Part shown: in pieces, positions 34,601 through 42,599 of the stretch | Layout of the letters: each line of letters opens with the position of its first letter | Numbering within the stretch: position 1 is the stretch's first letter | Origin: Methanobacteriota archaeon | GTDB taxonomy: Archaea > Thermoplasmatota > Poseidoniia > Poseidoniales > Poseidoniaceae | NCBI GenBank assembly: GCA_002726495.1 | Contig: PBTH01000005.1 | Location: 13,243 to 77,242, forward strand | DNA length: 64,000 nucleotides | Direction of reading: 5' to 3' | Position numbers and translations under genes: made by a program | The notes under the pieces: generated by a model | Told to the model about the DNA's origin: nothing | The model's database searches: none | The model's input: the letters and a program-made list of their open reading frames with translations, nothing else

Positions 34601-36545
34601 ATGGCTCGGTATGATTCACAGCATCGGTAAAGATACTGGGCATTCAATCACAGCCATCTACCGCCGGCTCCAAGATTTGATTGGGCTTGAAAAGAAAGGC
34701 CCTCAAGCCATCAGCAAGCCAACCAAAGACGCCGTGCAAATCATGACCATCCATGGTGCAAAAGGACTTCAGGCACCTGTTGTCATCGTCTCAGGTATCT
34801 TTACAGCAGGTATGGCAGATGTCACAACATCGATCAAAGACAATGTGTTGGTTACGCCTCAAGTGGTCTCGGGGAGGATTCAACCTTGGCTTGCCCACGA
34901 CCGCCCTTCAGATGGTTTGTGGGCCTTTGCGAGTCAAATGAATACCGCTCAAGATAAGGCTGAACTAAGAAGGAAATTCTATGTCGCACTCACTCGTGTT
35001 AAAGACCGCTTGATCATCACCGGTTCACCGACCAAGAAATCCATGTTTGACAATGAAACCGGAGCGCTTTCCCTTACACTGCAACCCGACCCAAGGACGA
35101 TGGGACGAATGTGGGTTGAAGGGTTACGTCGGGCTGCCTGGGCCGCGGGTGGCGCCGGCTCACCGTGGCTACTTCCCGGTGATATTGAGGACGCAGACCT
35201 TGGAGTCTACAAGCCCTCTAAAGCTAGCCTCAACATCAATCCAAGTGAACTGCTGACCAACAGCGCACTTGGTGAACATGGTGTTTCCGGAATTCGCCTC
35301 TATCATCACCCCGATTGTTTCTCAGAAGTGACACCGCCCTCCCCTCAACAGCGCCTTAGGATGTTGGAAACCCATCTCGCCTCCGCTGAGGTTGTTGAGG
35401 ACGGAATGAACGCCCCTCTCCAGCCGCTATGTGAATCGATCAAAGGGGCTGCTCACCATTTGGACGCCACGAATACCTGCCCTCGTCGGTATTGGCTTGA
35501 ACACATCAAAGGTTGGACTTCTGAACCCTTTTCACTCCCCTTGGAAGAGAAGGGATCTATCAAGAAACGATGGCCATTGCCTACAGAATTTGGCTTAATG
35601 ATGCACCGGGTCGTTGAAATTGGACTTCGCAATCCCTTGCAATTTGGAGGCAAAACCCCAGCGTTGAGTCCAGATTGGCATCACTCCAACGAAGGAGAGC
35701 TGGCCTCTGAAACAACCGTAGGCAGGGTCATGGCTGAATTCGGTTATGGGGAAACACAATCCAAAGACAGCATTGAATTCAATTGGAGAGAGCGCCTGCT
35801 CCATCTGAGTTCACTCATCGACAAGGGGCTTCTTGGAAGATGGGTTGGAGGAGAGCATCACCACGGGTTCTCTGTTGAAGCAGTACGCACGGAACTTCCG
35901 TTCATCCACTCTCATCCTGTTCCTTTGGATTCATTCACTCGTTCGCGTTTTACCCCAAGAGGTCCCGTGGAGACTGTTCAAATCGAGCGTGTTGATATGA
36001 ACTTTAACGGGCGAGCAGATCTCGTTTTGGCTCTTGCAGACGAACAACAACGCGGGTACCTCCAAGTTGTAGATTTGAAAACAAAGGGCTGCATGGCCCC
36101 ATTCAATCAACGCGAACCTGAAAATGGACATGCCTTGCAAGCGATTGGCCCTGAGACAACAGACCCCCTCCCTCAATCCGAAGAAGAAGCCCAGATTCTT
36201 CACGAACACCGCCTTCAACTCACCCTCTATTCGGTCGCACTTGAAGCGGTTGAACTTCTCAAACCAGAGGAAGAACGTCGCCAAATTCTCCCCCCAGCCT
36301 TGTTGTTGGGTGCGAACGGCCGGATTGTCCAAATGACCAGAGAAGAATTTGAGCAAGCCAAGAGTGACCTCAACGCTCATCTGCATTGGCGGACCATGAT
36401 GCATCTTACAGACGGAGTAGATGAACCAAAACGTTTGGAATCAGGGTCCTCAGCCTGTGAAGGTTGTCCGTATTACAAAGGAGACGTTCGCAGATGCGGT
36501 CCAATAGGGGAATCATTGGGTTTCATTACGGCCGATGAGGCTTGA
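31605..36545 (+). CDS. AddA/RecB-like SF1 (UvrD-family) helicase fused to a C-terminal 4-Cys PD-(D/E)XK nuclease
   Basis: SF1 motifs: I LDAGAGTGKTT, Ia VVAITFTRKAAAEL, II FIIDEYQDTN, III VGDMKQSIYRFRQA, IV LTSNHRTRPNL, V MTIHGAKGLQAPVVIV, VI FYVALTRVKDRLIITG. Nuclease motifs: NTCPRRYWLEHI, GLMMHRVVEIGL, GRADLVL, LQVVDLKTKG, LQLTLYSVAL and CEGCPYYKGDVRRC. The ATG at 31605 overlaps the TGA of the upstream gene (TGATG). Confidence 0.85.
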   Translation: MVDFNNSQRLGLDLDKHIALDAGAGTGKTTVMAERYVQHLLATEQRATHLTPPGPRVPLVGHGSLRAPKRERTDVEAWTGLLPSEVVAITFTRKAAAELKARIRNRLAQSRAHPPKEDDIDGIFDPRVREDADVEMLLSSIDEAPISTIDAFLHRLVRPYIDLVTLYPASDQVPEERAPLMMRDTMHALWRIRSTDDASDAGVLNHQHEFIQSRNRLVTRLGGQEPAEVVINGLLNTSLFVEQSHRSMIQRAQDLGFSWNGRGPAPVTLLLDMIAEPIADDLPSFMNRFAPLLQSWIGLFLPHLSRCTEPVENELGTSLTRFNHLARLVSTGIPERPADQLVWMWKAMIGLAGSSGLKAKPCGYFPRNNLPSTEKWPGGLLSKTGVKGMNGGDRDDLFAQSVYLQSEMKRELHSPVGVLIRLLAESAFLLNPGDGYDGMPLDSPLRLTPLPPTIGPTPVEGGTYVSGDLQMEILSDLITVHKGCHQILARRKSLEGMHDFDDIQRFAADLLLARCPDTCRHLYPPEVIDILDGLGDEPWSDDHISRAITLLNDQPSLQADLHRRFAILGELRRQFRAFIIDEYQDTNPSHYRLLARLWGRRARHSDDPPRPLGAWDPTVCIVGDMKQSIYRFRQAEVSVMRRAVAMIRNCNVVEENETSLNHLRSSGEGRDPRPVGAGGETGSYSNEHEVRESAPHSYVPYAWEDGQTTSTITGERLERRQQGHIDLTSNHRTRPNLMETMNDIFDEVFAPHHHALPGDWHAESQRLHPARVTEDPGVLEWLLPIQGALQNASFDLDVPLNTFENPNATSVQLEHELLSHRLHSLLNSENSRVWNPDEGDWHNVEETGVEIRPEDVMILINSRRHLPDLLERLRARNIPVMADRQGLLLMQPVIQPLMAVLELMAHPYSTKAGIELARSAVIGMSETQVHSAFSQLDDERSTWQVLLEHAPNEAIASLLAHLHQLASWGAIYDVIDAILDHSDLLVAFCSDAERQHAEAWLGMIHSIGKDTGHSITAIYRRLQDLIGLEKKGPQAISKPTKDAVQIMTIHGAKGLQAPVVIVSGIFTAGMADVTTSIKDNVLVTPQVVSGRIQPWLAHDRPSDGLWAFASQMNTAQDKAELRRKFYVALTRVKDRLIITGSPTKKSMFDNETGALSLTLQPDPRTMGRMWVEGLRRAAWAAGGAGSPWLLPGDIEDADLGVYKPSKASLNINPSELLTNSALGEHGVSGIRLYHHPDCFSEVTPPSPQQRLRMLETHLASAEVVEDGMNAPLQPLCESIKGAAHHLDATNTCPRRYWLEHIKGWTSEPFSLPLEEKGSIKKRWPLPTEFGLMMHRVVEIGLRNPLQFGGKTPALSPDWHHSNEGELASETTVGRVMAEFGYGETQSKDSIEFNWRERLLHLSSLIDKGLLGRWVGGEHHHGFSVEAVRTELPFIHSHPVPLDSFTRSRFTPRGPVETVQIERVDMNFNGRADLVLALADEQQRGYLQVVDLKTKGCMAPFNQREPENGHALQAIGPETTDPLPQSEEEAQILHEHRLQLTLYSVALEAVELLKPEEERRQILPPALLLGANGRIVQMTREEFEQAKSDLNAHLHWRTMMHLTDGVDEPKRLESGSSACEGCPYYKGDVRRCGPIGESLGFITADEA

Positions 36546-37152
36546 TGGCAGACAATACAAGCGTACCGTTCCACCCCTCTTTCGCCCCTGTTTGGATGGC
36601 CTTGACATCTTCAAAACCAGCGTCTTCTAGACCTTTTACCCAAGTGTCAATTGAGAGTGTAGTCATGTGAACATTGAGTGATTGCGGCCAATCATGACTT
36701 TCTGGATTCTCCTTGTAATGGTCCATACCGATGACCATTTTCCCTCCAGACTTCATCCAATTATCGTGTATGTTGCGCAAGAAATCTATTGGTTGTTTAA
36801 GGTAATACAAACATTCCATGCTATGAATGAGGTCAACGGGTTGTTCGGGGCTCCATTCGGGGAGTTGTCCAATGCAATAAGTGCCATTTGGGTCAATTTC
36901 CCTCGCCCTTTCAACCATCGCCACAGCGCCATCAATTCCCAAGGCGTTGTTGCACAATGGGTGTTCAGCGAACTTGCGAACCACCCACCCGTTTCCACAT
37001 CCGATGTCAATTGCGGAAAACGGTTTGTCAACACCTTCCAGAAGGAGGTTTAGCATGACATCCACGCTGGGCGCATGACCGCGCTCCATACCCGCATCCT
37101 TGCCCTTTTCAGCCCATTCGTGGAACACTTCGGTCGCTTTACGTTGGTCCAT
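36526..37152 (-). CDS. class I SAM-dependent methyltransferase
   Basis: Motif I AIDIGCGNGWVVRKF, post-I LGIDGAVAMV, and DLIHSMECLYYL plus GGKMVIGMDHY. ATG 37152 is preferred because the ORF-track start at 37230 would overlap the divergent pip gene. Confidence 0.7.
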   Translation of the reverse strand: MDQRKATEVFHEWAEKGKDAGMERGHAPSVDVMLNLLLEGVDKPFSAIDIGCGNGWVVRKFAEHPLCNNALGIDGAVAMVERAREIDPNGTYCIGQLPEWSPEQPVDLIHSMECLYYLKQPIDFLRNIHDNWMKSGGKMVIGMDHYKENPESHDWPQSLNVHMTTLSIDTWVKGLEDAGFEDVKAIQTGAKEGWNGTLVLSAIKPHRP

Positions 37153-37228
37153 GCCGATGTCTAGAAGAGCCTGTCTTTGAATGTACGCATGACGAAAAGA
37201 ACATTCAATGCCTTGCATTCGGAAGTTC

Positions 37229-38191
37229 ATGCTTGATACAGTGACGACCCTTGACGATGTCCTTTATGCCCCTTGTGAGCCTTACCAAACAGGAACGCTT
37301 TCTGTAAGTGATGTCCACACAATTGCTTGGGAGACAAGCGGTAATGCAAGTGGCATTCCAGTTGTTGTAATTCATGGAGGGCCAGGTGGGGGCGGCCAAC
37401 CTTCGTACCGACAATATTTCGATCCAGATGCATACAACATCGTCCAGTTTGACCAGCGAGGATGTGGCCAATCAACCCCTCATGCTGAATTGGAGGACAA
37501 TACGACTCAAGCACTGGTCGGTGATATTGAAACCCTTAGGACGCATCTAGGTATTGAGTCGTGGCATGTCTTTGGGGGTTCTTGGGGCTCGACACTCTCT
37601 CTTGTTTACGCTCAAGAACACCCATCAAGAGTTCTTAGTTTGATTCTCAGGGGCATTTTCATGTGCAGAAAAAGCGAACTTCGTTGGTTCTATCAAGACG
37701 GGGCAAGCCACATCTTCCCCGACGCCTTCGCGCCGTACAGAGAACACATCCCTCTTGCGGAACAAGACGACCTCATCAAAGCATATTATCGCCGCTTGAC
37801 AAGCCAAGATGCCGAGGTTCGTAGAGCGGCAGCGAAGGAATGGACGCGTTGGGAAATGGCCACCAGTCGGCTGTTCCCCGACCCGAGTTATCTTGAAAAA
37901 GCAGAGGACCTTGATTTTGCAGTTGCCTTTGCACGAATTGAATGCCATTATTTCATCAATGCAATTTTCTTGGAGGAAGCCCATATCTTGAACCATACTG
38001 AGGCAATCCAATCCATTCCAACGGTCATCGTTCAAGGGCGCTATGATGTTGTTTGCCCAGCGCGCAGTGCATGGGAATTGCACCAAGCATTGCCCAACAG
38101 CAAACTCACGATCGTCCCCGACGCAGGCCATTCAATGGGCGAAGTTAGCATCGCTCGAGAATTGGTTGCAGCAACCGATGCCCTGCGTTAA
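37229..38191 (+). CDS. pip: proline iminopeptidase (prolyl aminopeptidase, S33)
   Basis: LYAPCEPYQTGTL, IPVVVIHGGPGGG, VQFDQRGCGQSTP, the nucleophile elbow FGGSWGSTL and the catalytic His in DAGHSM. ATG 37208 is an alternative start. Confidence 0.85.
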   Translation: MLDTVTTLDDVLYAPCEPYQTGTLSVSDVHTIAWETSGNASGIPVVVIHGGPGGGGQPSYRQYFDPDAYNIVQFDQRGCGQSTPHAELEDNTTQALVGDIETLRTHLGIESWHVFGGSWGSTLSLVYAQEHPSRVLSLILRGIFMCRKSELRWFYQDGASHIFPDAFAPYREHIPLAEQDDLIKAYYRRLTSQDAEVRRAAAKEWTRWEMATSRLFPDPSYLEKAEDLDFAVAFARIECHYFINAIFLEEAHILNHTEAIQSIPTVIVQGRYDVVCPARSAWELHQALPNSKLTIVPDAGHSMGEVSIARELVAATDALR

Positions 38192-38292
38192 AGCAAATTC
38201 CTCTAAGCCCGTATTTTTGGACCCGTACAAGCGTCGGCTTGATAGGGAGGAGTGGACTCGGTGAGTATGGAGGCTTGCCTCCGGGTGAGAAG

Positions 38293-39060
38293 ATGACCGA
38301 AGGAACCATCACGCCAGAAGTAGAAATTCAACAGTTGCAAGACGCACTTGCAACCGAAACAGACCGCCTACAGAAATTGTTTGCTGCATACGAGACCCAA
38401 GAGAAAGACTTGGTTGATGCAAAAGCAGAAATTGAAGTTCTTGAAAAGGAAATTATTGATCGTGAAATTGAAAAGGAATCCTTGGAGTCAATCATCTCCC
38501 AAAAGGAAGTTCGTGTTCGTGAACTTGAGATGAAAGCGACAAAGGCATCCAAGCGAGTGGAGCACTTGGAACCAGAACTTGACAAGATGGAAGAAAAATA
38601 CTCTCGTGAGAAAGACCGTTTGGGTAAGGTTTTCGGTATTGCGGAAGAACTTGACAACGATCTGAGACTTGCGGTCACGGAGATGAGATCCCGAGACGAT
38701 TGGTATGTTGCTCACATGCAAATTTTTGAGGACCTCAACAAAGCAATCAAAGAACGTTATGAGATGATTGAGCGTGCTGTGGAAACAGAACGCAAATCTC
38801 AACACATGTCCCGTGCATTTACTGAGCGCATGGATGAAATGGTTCAAGCTCGTTCAGAAGAGATGGCTGCTGAAGAAGCAGAAGCGGAAGCAGCTACCGA
38901 AGCAACAGCGTCCATTGAAGTTGTTGAAGCCGCTGAAGAAGCCGCTGAAGAAGCCGCTGAAGAAGCGGAAGAGGCTACTGAGGACGCCGAAGAAGAATCC
39001 ACCGATGAAGCACCTGCCTCTTCTTGGGCCGATGGCGAAGACCCTTGGTCTGGACAGTAG
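38293..39060 (+). CDS. coiled-coil protein with acidic Ala/Glu-rich C-terminus
   Basis: Heptad-like Glu/Lys/Leu-rich sequence throughout (EIQQLQDALATETDRLQKLFAAYETQEKDLVDAKAEIEVLEKEI...). The tail is AAEEAAEEAAEEAEEATEDAEEE...SSWADGEDPWSGQ. Confidence 0.6.
   Translation: MTEGTITPEVEIQQLQDALATETDRLQKLFAAYETQEKDLVDAKAEIEVLEKEIIDREIEKESLESIISQKEVRVRELEMKATKASKRVEHLEPELDKMEEKYSREKDRLGKVFGIAEELDNDLRLAVTEMRSRDDWYVAHMQIFEDLNKAIKERYEMIERAVETERKSQHMSRAFTERMDEMVQARSEEMAAEEAEAEAATEATASIEVVEAAEEAAEEAAEEAEEATEDAEEESTDEAPASSWADGEDPWSGQ
38929..38964 (+). repeat. perfect 3 x 12-bp tandem repeat (GCCGCTGAAGAA) inside the coiled-coil gene
   Basis: Read directly from the sequence: gccgctgaagaa occurs three times head to tail and encodes (AAEE)3. 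Confidence 0.9.
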
Positions 39061-39070
39061 GTGTTGAACG

Positions 39071-39931
39071 ATGGCTGGTTTGGCCCACGGAGGCCACGCC
39101 CCTGTATTCATGATGACAGCAATGGGTGTTAGCGCACTCTTTGTTGGTGCACTGATAGACCCTGTACTCGGATTGGTCCCACTCTTTGGGATTTCATGTT
39201 TGATGATGGCAGCTTTTCTTGTCAATTTTTGGAGAGACCCCGACCGCGCAATCCCTCGGGAACAGGGCATCCTCGTATCTCCAGCAGATGGCCATGTCAT
39301 GTTCGTGCGTCGTGAACGGGCTACAGGGCGCCGACCATCAAAAGTAGAGATGGAGCAACAAGAAATTAATTCTGATGCCCTCACAGGAGATTGGTTTCCC
39401 GAACCGCTTGCTGAGCCATTATCATTTGCAACCGAGCAGCGTTATGAGCCTGTTGCCAAAGGAGAAGAAGGCTCGTTTGATGTGCTCAGAGTTGCCGTTT
39501 TCATGTCTCCTCTTGATGTTCATGTTAATCGAGCACCGGAGAAAGGAGTTTTGGAGCGTCTCGAACATCGTGCCGGAAAAGGAATGAAACGGGGACCTTT
39601 CGCTCCTGCATACAAAAAAGAGAGTCAATACAATGAACGAGTTCGTTCCGTATATCGTTTGGGCGACGACACATTGATTGAATTAACGCAGATTTCTGGA
39701 GCATTGGCTCGTACGATTGTTCCATGGATTGGGAAAGGAACGGAAGTTCGTAGAGGGCAACGTATTGGAATGATACGCCTCGGTTCAAGAGTTGATGTTA
39801 GAGTACCTGCACATCGCTATACATGCGATTTGATTTCCGCTGAATCAAATGACCCAGCCTTCCCTAAAGGCGCCTTTGTTCAAGCCGGTTCAACCGTAAT
39901 GTTTCGCAGCAATGGAGATGAAGAAGAATGA
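39071..39931 (+). CDS. psd: phosphatidylserine (archaetidylserine) decarboxylase proenzyme, with an internal insertion
   Basis: N-terminal TM helices, FWRDPDRAIP, VSPADGHVMFV, FMSPLDVHVNRAP, GQRIGMIRLGSRVDV (the self-cleavage-type G-S site). There is an extra acidic segment of about 70 aa between the first two motifs. Confidence 0.75.
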   Translation: MAGLAHGGHAPVFMMTAMGVSALFVGALIDPVLGLVPLFGISCLMMAAFLVNFWRDPDRAIPREQGILVSPADGHVMFVRRERATGRRPSKVEMEQQEINSDALTGDWFPEPLAEPLSFATEQRYEPVAKGEEGSFDVLRVAVFMSPLDVHVNRAPEKGVLERLEHRAGKGMKRGPFAPAYKKESQYNERVRSVYRLGDDTLIELTQISGALARTIVPWIGKGTEVRRGQRIGMIRLGSRVDVRVPAHRYTCDLISAESNDPAFPKGAFVQAGSTVMFRSNGDEEE

Positions 39932-41001
39932 GCCAATTAAAACGAAGTATACCTGCCATCATGATCTTCCTCATTTGCAGTATGCCAATTATCTATTATC
40001 AACTCGGCAGTTTAGTCTACACGCAAGCAGCAGCAAGCAATCTTGAGTGTTCGGACCATGCGCCGTACAATACGCCCGACGATTTTACCCCGCACTTATG
40101 GGACGAAGGATTGGATGAAGGTATCATGGAAAAGAATGAGACCATTGCTTCGGACATGGAGTCGTACTGGTTTGACAGTTGGGACAATGCTTCAATCGAT
40201 GTTCCCAATGAACCCATCACGCTTGCTGCATGGGTGATGGAACATAACGATTCTCGGCCTTGGGTCATTCTCGTCCATGGGATCCGTTCTTGTAAAGCGA
40301 ATCATGAAGTTTTGATTCCAGCAGCTATGCTGCATCAAGCGGATTTCAACGTGATTCTCTTTGACCTCAGAGACCATGGAGACAGTACCGTTGAGGACGG
40401 GCTTGTTTCCGCGGGGCAGCGCGAATATCGGGATGTGCTTGCAGTTTGGTCATGGTTGCAAGATGAAAAAGACGTACCTGCATCATCGATTGGCATCATG
40501 GGAATTTCCTTGGGTGCAGGAACGACCGCTATTGCTTTTGACCAAGAACCTGAGATCCAAGCGGTCTTCTTGGATTCACCGTTTTCATCAATGGACCGTA
40601 TTATTTCCGAAGAATTGGAATTTGGGGGTTTTCCGAGTTTTCTAAAGGATGCTGCAGTGTTCGCTGGCAAGATTCAAAGCGGCGATAATCTCGTTAAATT
40701 TGAACCCCTTTCTGGAGCAGAAAATATCGGTAACCGTTCGATGTTTATCACTCAATCCAATGACGATTACCGCATCAAAATCCATCATGGAAATTCAATG
40801 TGTGAAGGAGCCAAGGCGAATGTGAAGGAAGGAGGTTTCGTTGAGTGTTGGTTTGATCATTCCTCAGTTTCCCATCATGATGGCGAAGAACCGGGTGTTC
40901 TTTCTCACGTGACCTTGATGTTGACCCAAACCGAGACCTACCGTGGACATTTGGTTTCGTTCTTTGAACAAAGTTTGACTGAACCGGCTGCGGTGGTTTG
41001 A
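39928..41001 (+). CDS. membrane-anchored alpha/beta hydrolase (S9/dienelactone-hydrolase-like)
   Basis: ATGA overlap with psd. N-terminal TM helix IPAIMIFLICSMPIIYY, the HG region WVILVHGIRS, the nucleophile elbow IMGISLGAG, and an Asp and His further downstream. Confidence 0.7.
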   Translation: MSQLKRSIPAIMIFLICSMPIIYYQLGSLVYTQAAASNLECSDHAPYNTPDDFTPHLWDEGLDEGIMEKNETIASDMESYWFDSWDNASIDVPNEPITLAAWVMEHNDSRPWVILVHGIRSCKANHEVLIPAAMLHQADFNVILFDLRDHGDSTVEDGLVSAGQREYRDVLAVWSWLQDEKDVPASSIGIMGISLGAGTTAIAFDQEPEIQAVFLDSPFSSMDRIISEELEFGGFPSFLKDAAVFAGKIQSGDNLVKFEPLSGAENIGNRSMFITQSNDDYRIKIHHGNSMCEGAKANVKEGGFVECWFDHSSVSHHDGEEPGVLSHVTLMLTQTETYRGHLVSFFEQSLTEPAAVV

Positions 41002-41035
41002 AACCTCAAGTGCCGACCGCAGAGCAGGGGAGCAC

Positions 41036-42202
41036 ATGTCAGGCCAGTCCAATTTACATCTCCTTGGGCAGGGTAAAAAGGGCTTGAGGATTCATGATTT
41101 GGTCAAGGCTCCAGCGAATACCCCATGGGCAAAGGCACGGCAACAATCGTGGGATGCAAGTGAACCAGCAACGGTTTACACCACTCCAGAAGCCTTGCCT
41201 GATGGAACTCCATGCACTGCTGCAACGGTAATTCTACGAACAAAAGGATGCCATTGGTGGTGGTCTTCGGGATGTACTTTTTGCGGTTACTTTAACGACA
41301 CCAGAGACGATGTCACCAACGACGATCTTCATGCACAATGGGCGTATGCCAAGGAGAAACTCGACAACTTTGACGGGCATGCCATGGTTAAGGTCTACAC
41401 TTCAGGCTCATTGCTTGAGGATCGCGAGATACCTGTGGAATTCCAAGAAACCGTGTTGCGGGATTGTGCAGAATTGGAAAAAGAATTGATTGTCGAGAGT
41501 CGCTGTGAACAATTGACGGTCCCCAAACTTGAATGGGCCACTTCAATCAATCCATCGTTCACTGTAGCCATTGGTCTCGAAGCCTATGATGATGAAGTAC
41601 TTCGTTTTCATGTGAACAAAGGATTTTCGACGTCTTCATGGGACCGGGCCGTAACCAATCTTGAGGCCTTCAATCTAAGGGTTAAGACCTATTTGATGTT
41701 CAAACCCCCGTTCATGAGCGAAGCAGACGCTCTTGATCACAGTGTGAAGTGGATTGAGGCAGTTGCCCATCGTTCGGATGAGATTTCTGTAAATCCGATG
41801 AACATTCAGCGCGGCACAGTGATCGACCGATTGCATCGTCACAATGAATACCGCCCACCTTGGCTATGGTCGCTGGTTGAAATGATTAAGAGAGCGCACC
41901 CATTTATTTATCCAAAAGGCGGAATGAATGGAGATGAAGGACAGGTTTCCCGCCTCATCGTTCACCCCACTGCAGGCGGGAAAATTAGAGGCTCTCACAA
42001 TTGTGGTTCATGCGATGGAGAGGTTGTTGCAGCCATCGAGCGTTACGCAGTCTCAGGAAGTCTTCTGGAGTTTGAAGGCCTGGAATGTAAATGTAAGGAG
42101 AAATGGGAGACTGAACTGATGTTGGAGCGCCAACTTCCGCTTCCGTTGGGATTATCCAAGCCCCGGAGAGCCCCACTCCTTGAAACATTGAGGTCACCCT
42201 GA
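41036..42202 (+). CDS. radical SAM protein of the TIGR01210 family (archaeosine-pathway RaSEA-like)
   Basis: Cys cluster in ILRTKGCHWWWSSGCTFCGYFND (Cx7Cx2C, the non-canonical spacing typical of this family). The core resembles Elp3/MiaB (VKVYTSGS, AIGLEAYDDEVL). C-terminal Cys pairs CGSCDG and CKCK. Confidence 0.55.
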   Translation: MSGQSNLHLLGQGKKGLRIHDLVKAPANTPWAKARQQSWDASEPATVYTTPEALPDGTPCTAATVILRTKGCHWWWSSGCTFCGYFNDTRDDVTNDDLHAQWAYAKEKLDNFDGHAMVKVYTSGSLLEDREIPVEFQETVLRDCAELEKELIVESRCEQLTVPKLEWATSINPSFTVAIGLEAYDDEVLRFHVNKGFSTSSWDRAVTNLEAFNLRVKTYLMFKPPFMSEADALDHSVKWIEAVAHRSDEISVNPMNIQRGTVIDRLHRHNEYRPPWLWSLVEMIKRAHPFIYPKGGMNGDEGQVSRLIVHPTAGGKIRGSHNCGSCDGEVVAAIERYAVSGSLLEFEGLECKCKEKWETELMLERQLPLPLGLSKPRRAPLLETLRSP

Positions 42203-42303
42203 ACCGTTGGGGCTTTAGGTACCTTATTTTCGTCACCTCAGTTGGTGAACGTTTATGACCGCCGGACAAGTCGGAGGAATGACCCCTATGGGGTCAATTT
42301 GAG

Positions 42304-42585
42304 GTGAGGCCCGTGTCAAATTCCACAACTCTTCCAGATACAACCGTCGGAACAGGAGAACCAACATCAAGCCGTGTGATTCTCACATTGCTCTCCGTTG
42401 GCCTTTTGGGGCTTTATTCCTTGTTTGCAAATGTCTTTGGGTGGGATAACCTCCCACTTCTTGGAGAAATCGTACCTTTGGTTCAAAATTTAGGTGGCAG
42501 TGGAATCTGGTACTATCTCATTGGATTCTTGGTTGGAGTTGGTGCGATTGTCGCTACGCTTGTGGGCGAGGTACTCGCTGAATGA
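42304..42585 (+). CDS. small membrane protein
   Basis: 93 codons with two predicted helices (VILTLLSVGLLGLYSLFANVF; IWYYLIGFLVGVGAIVATLVG). It lies immediately upstream of the EF-hand membrane protein gene. GTG start. Confidence 0.4.
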   Translation: MRPVSNSTTLPDTTVGTGEPTSSRVILTLLSVGLLGLYSLFANVFGWDNLPLLGEIVPLVQNLGGSGIWYYLIGFLVGVGAIVATLVGEVLAE

Positions 42586-42599
42586 TGGAGGTGTGATGC

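Noticed and set aside
38854-39384. 176-codon minus-strand ORF containing FFSGFFSGFFSGF
   Set aside because: It is the reverse-complement reading of the (AAEE)n tandem repeat and acidic tail of the coiled-coil gene, and it also overlaps the psd start. It is an artefact of the repeat.
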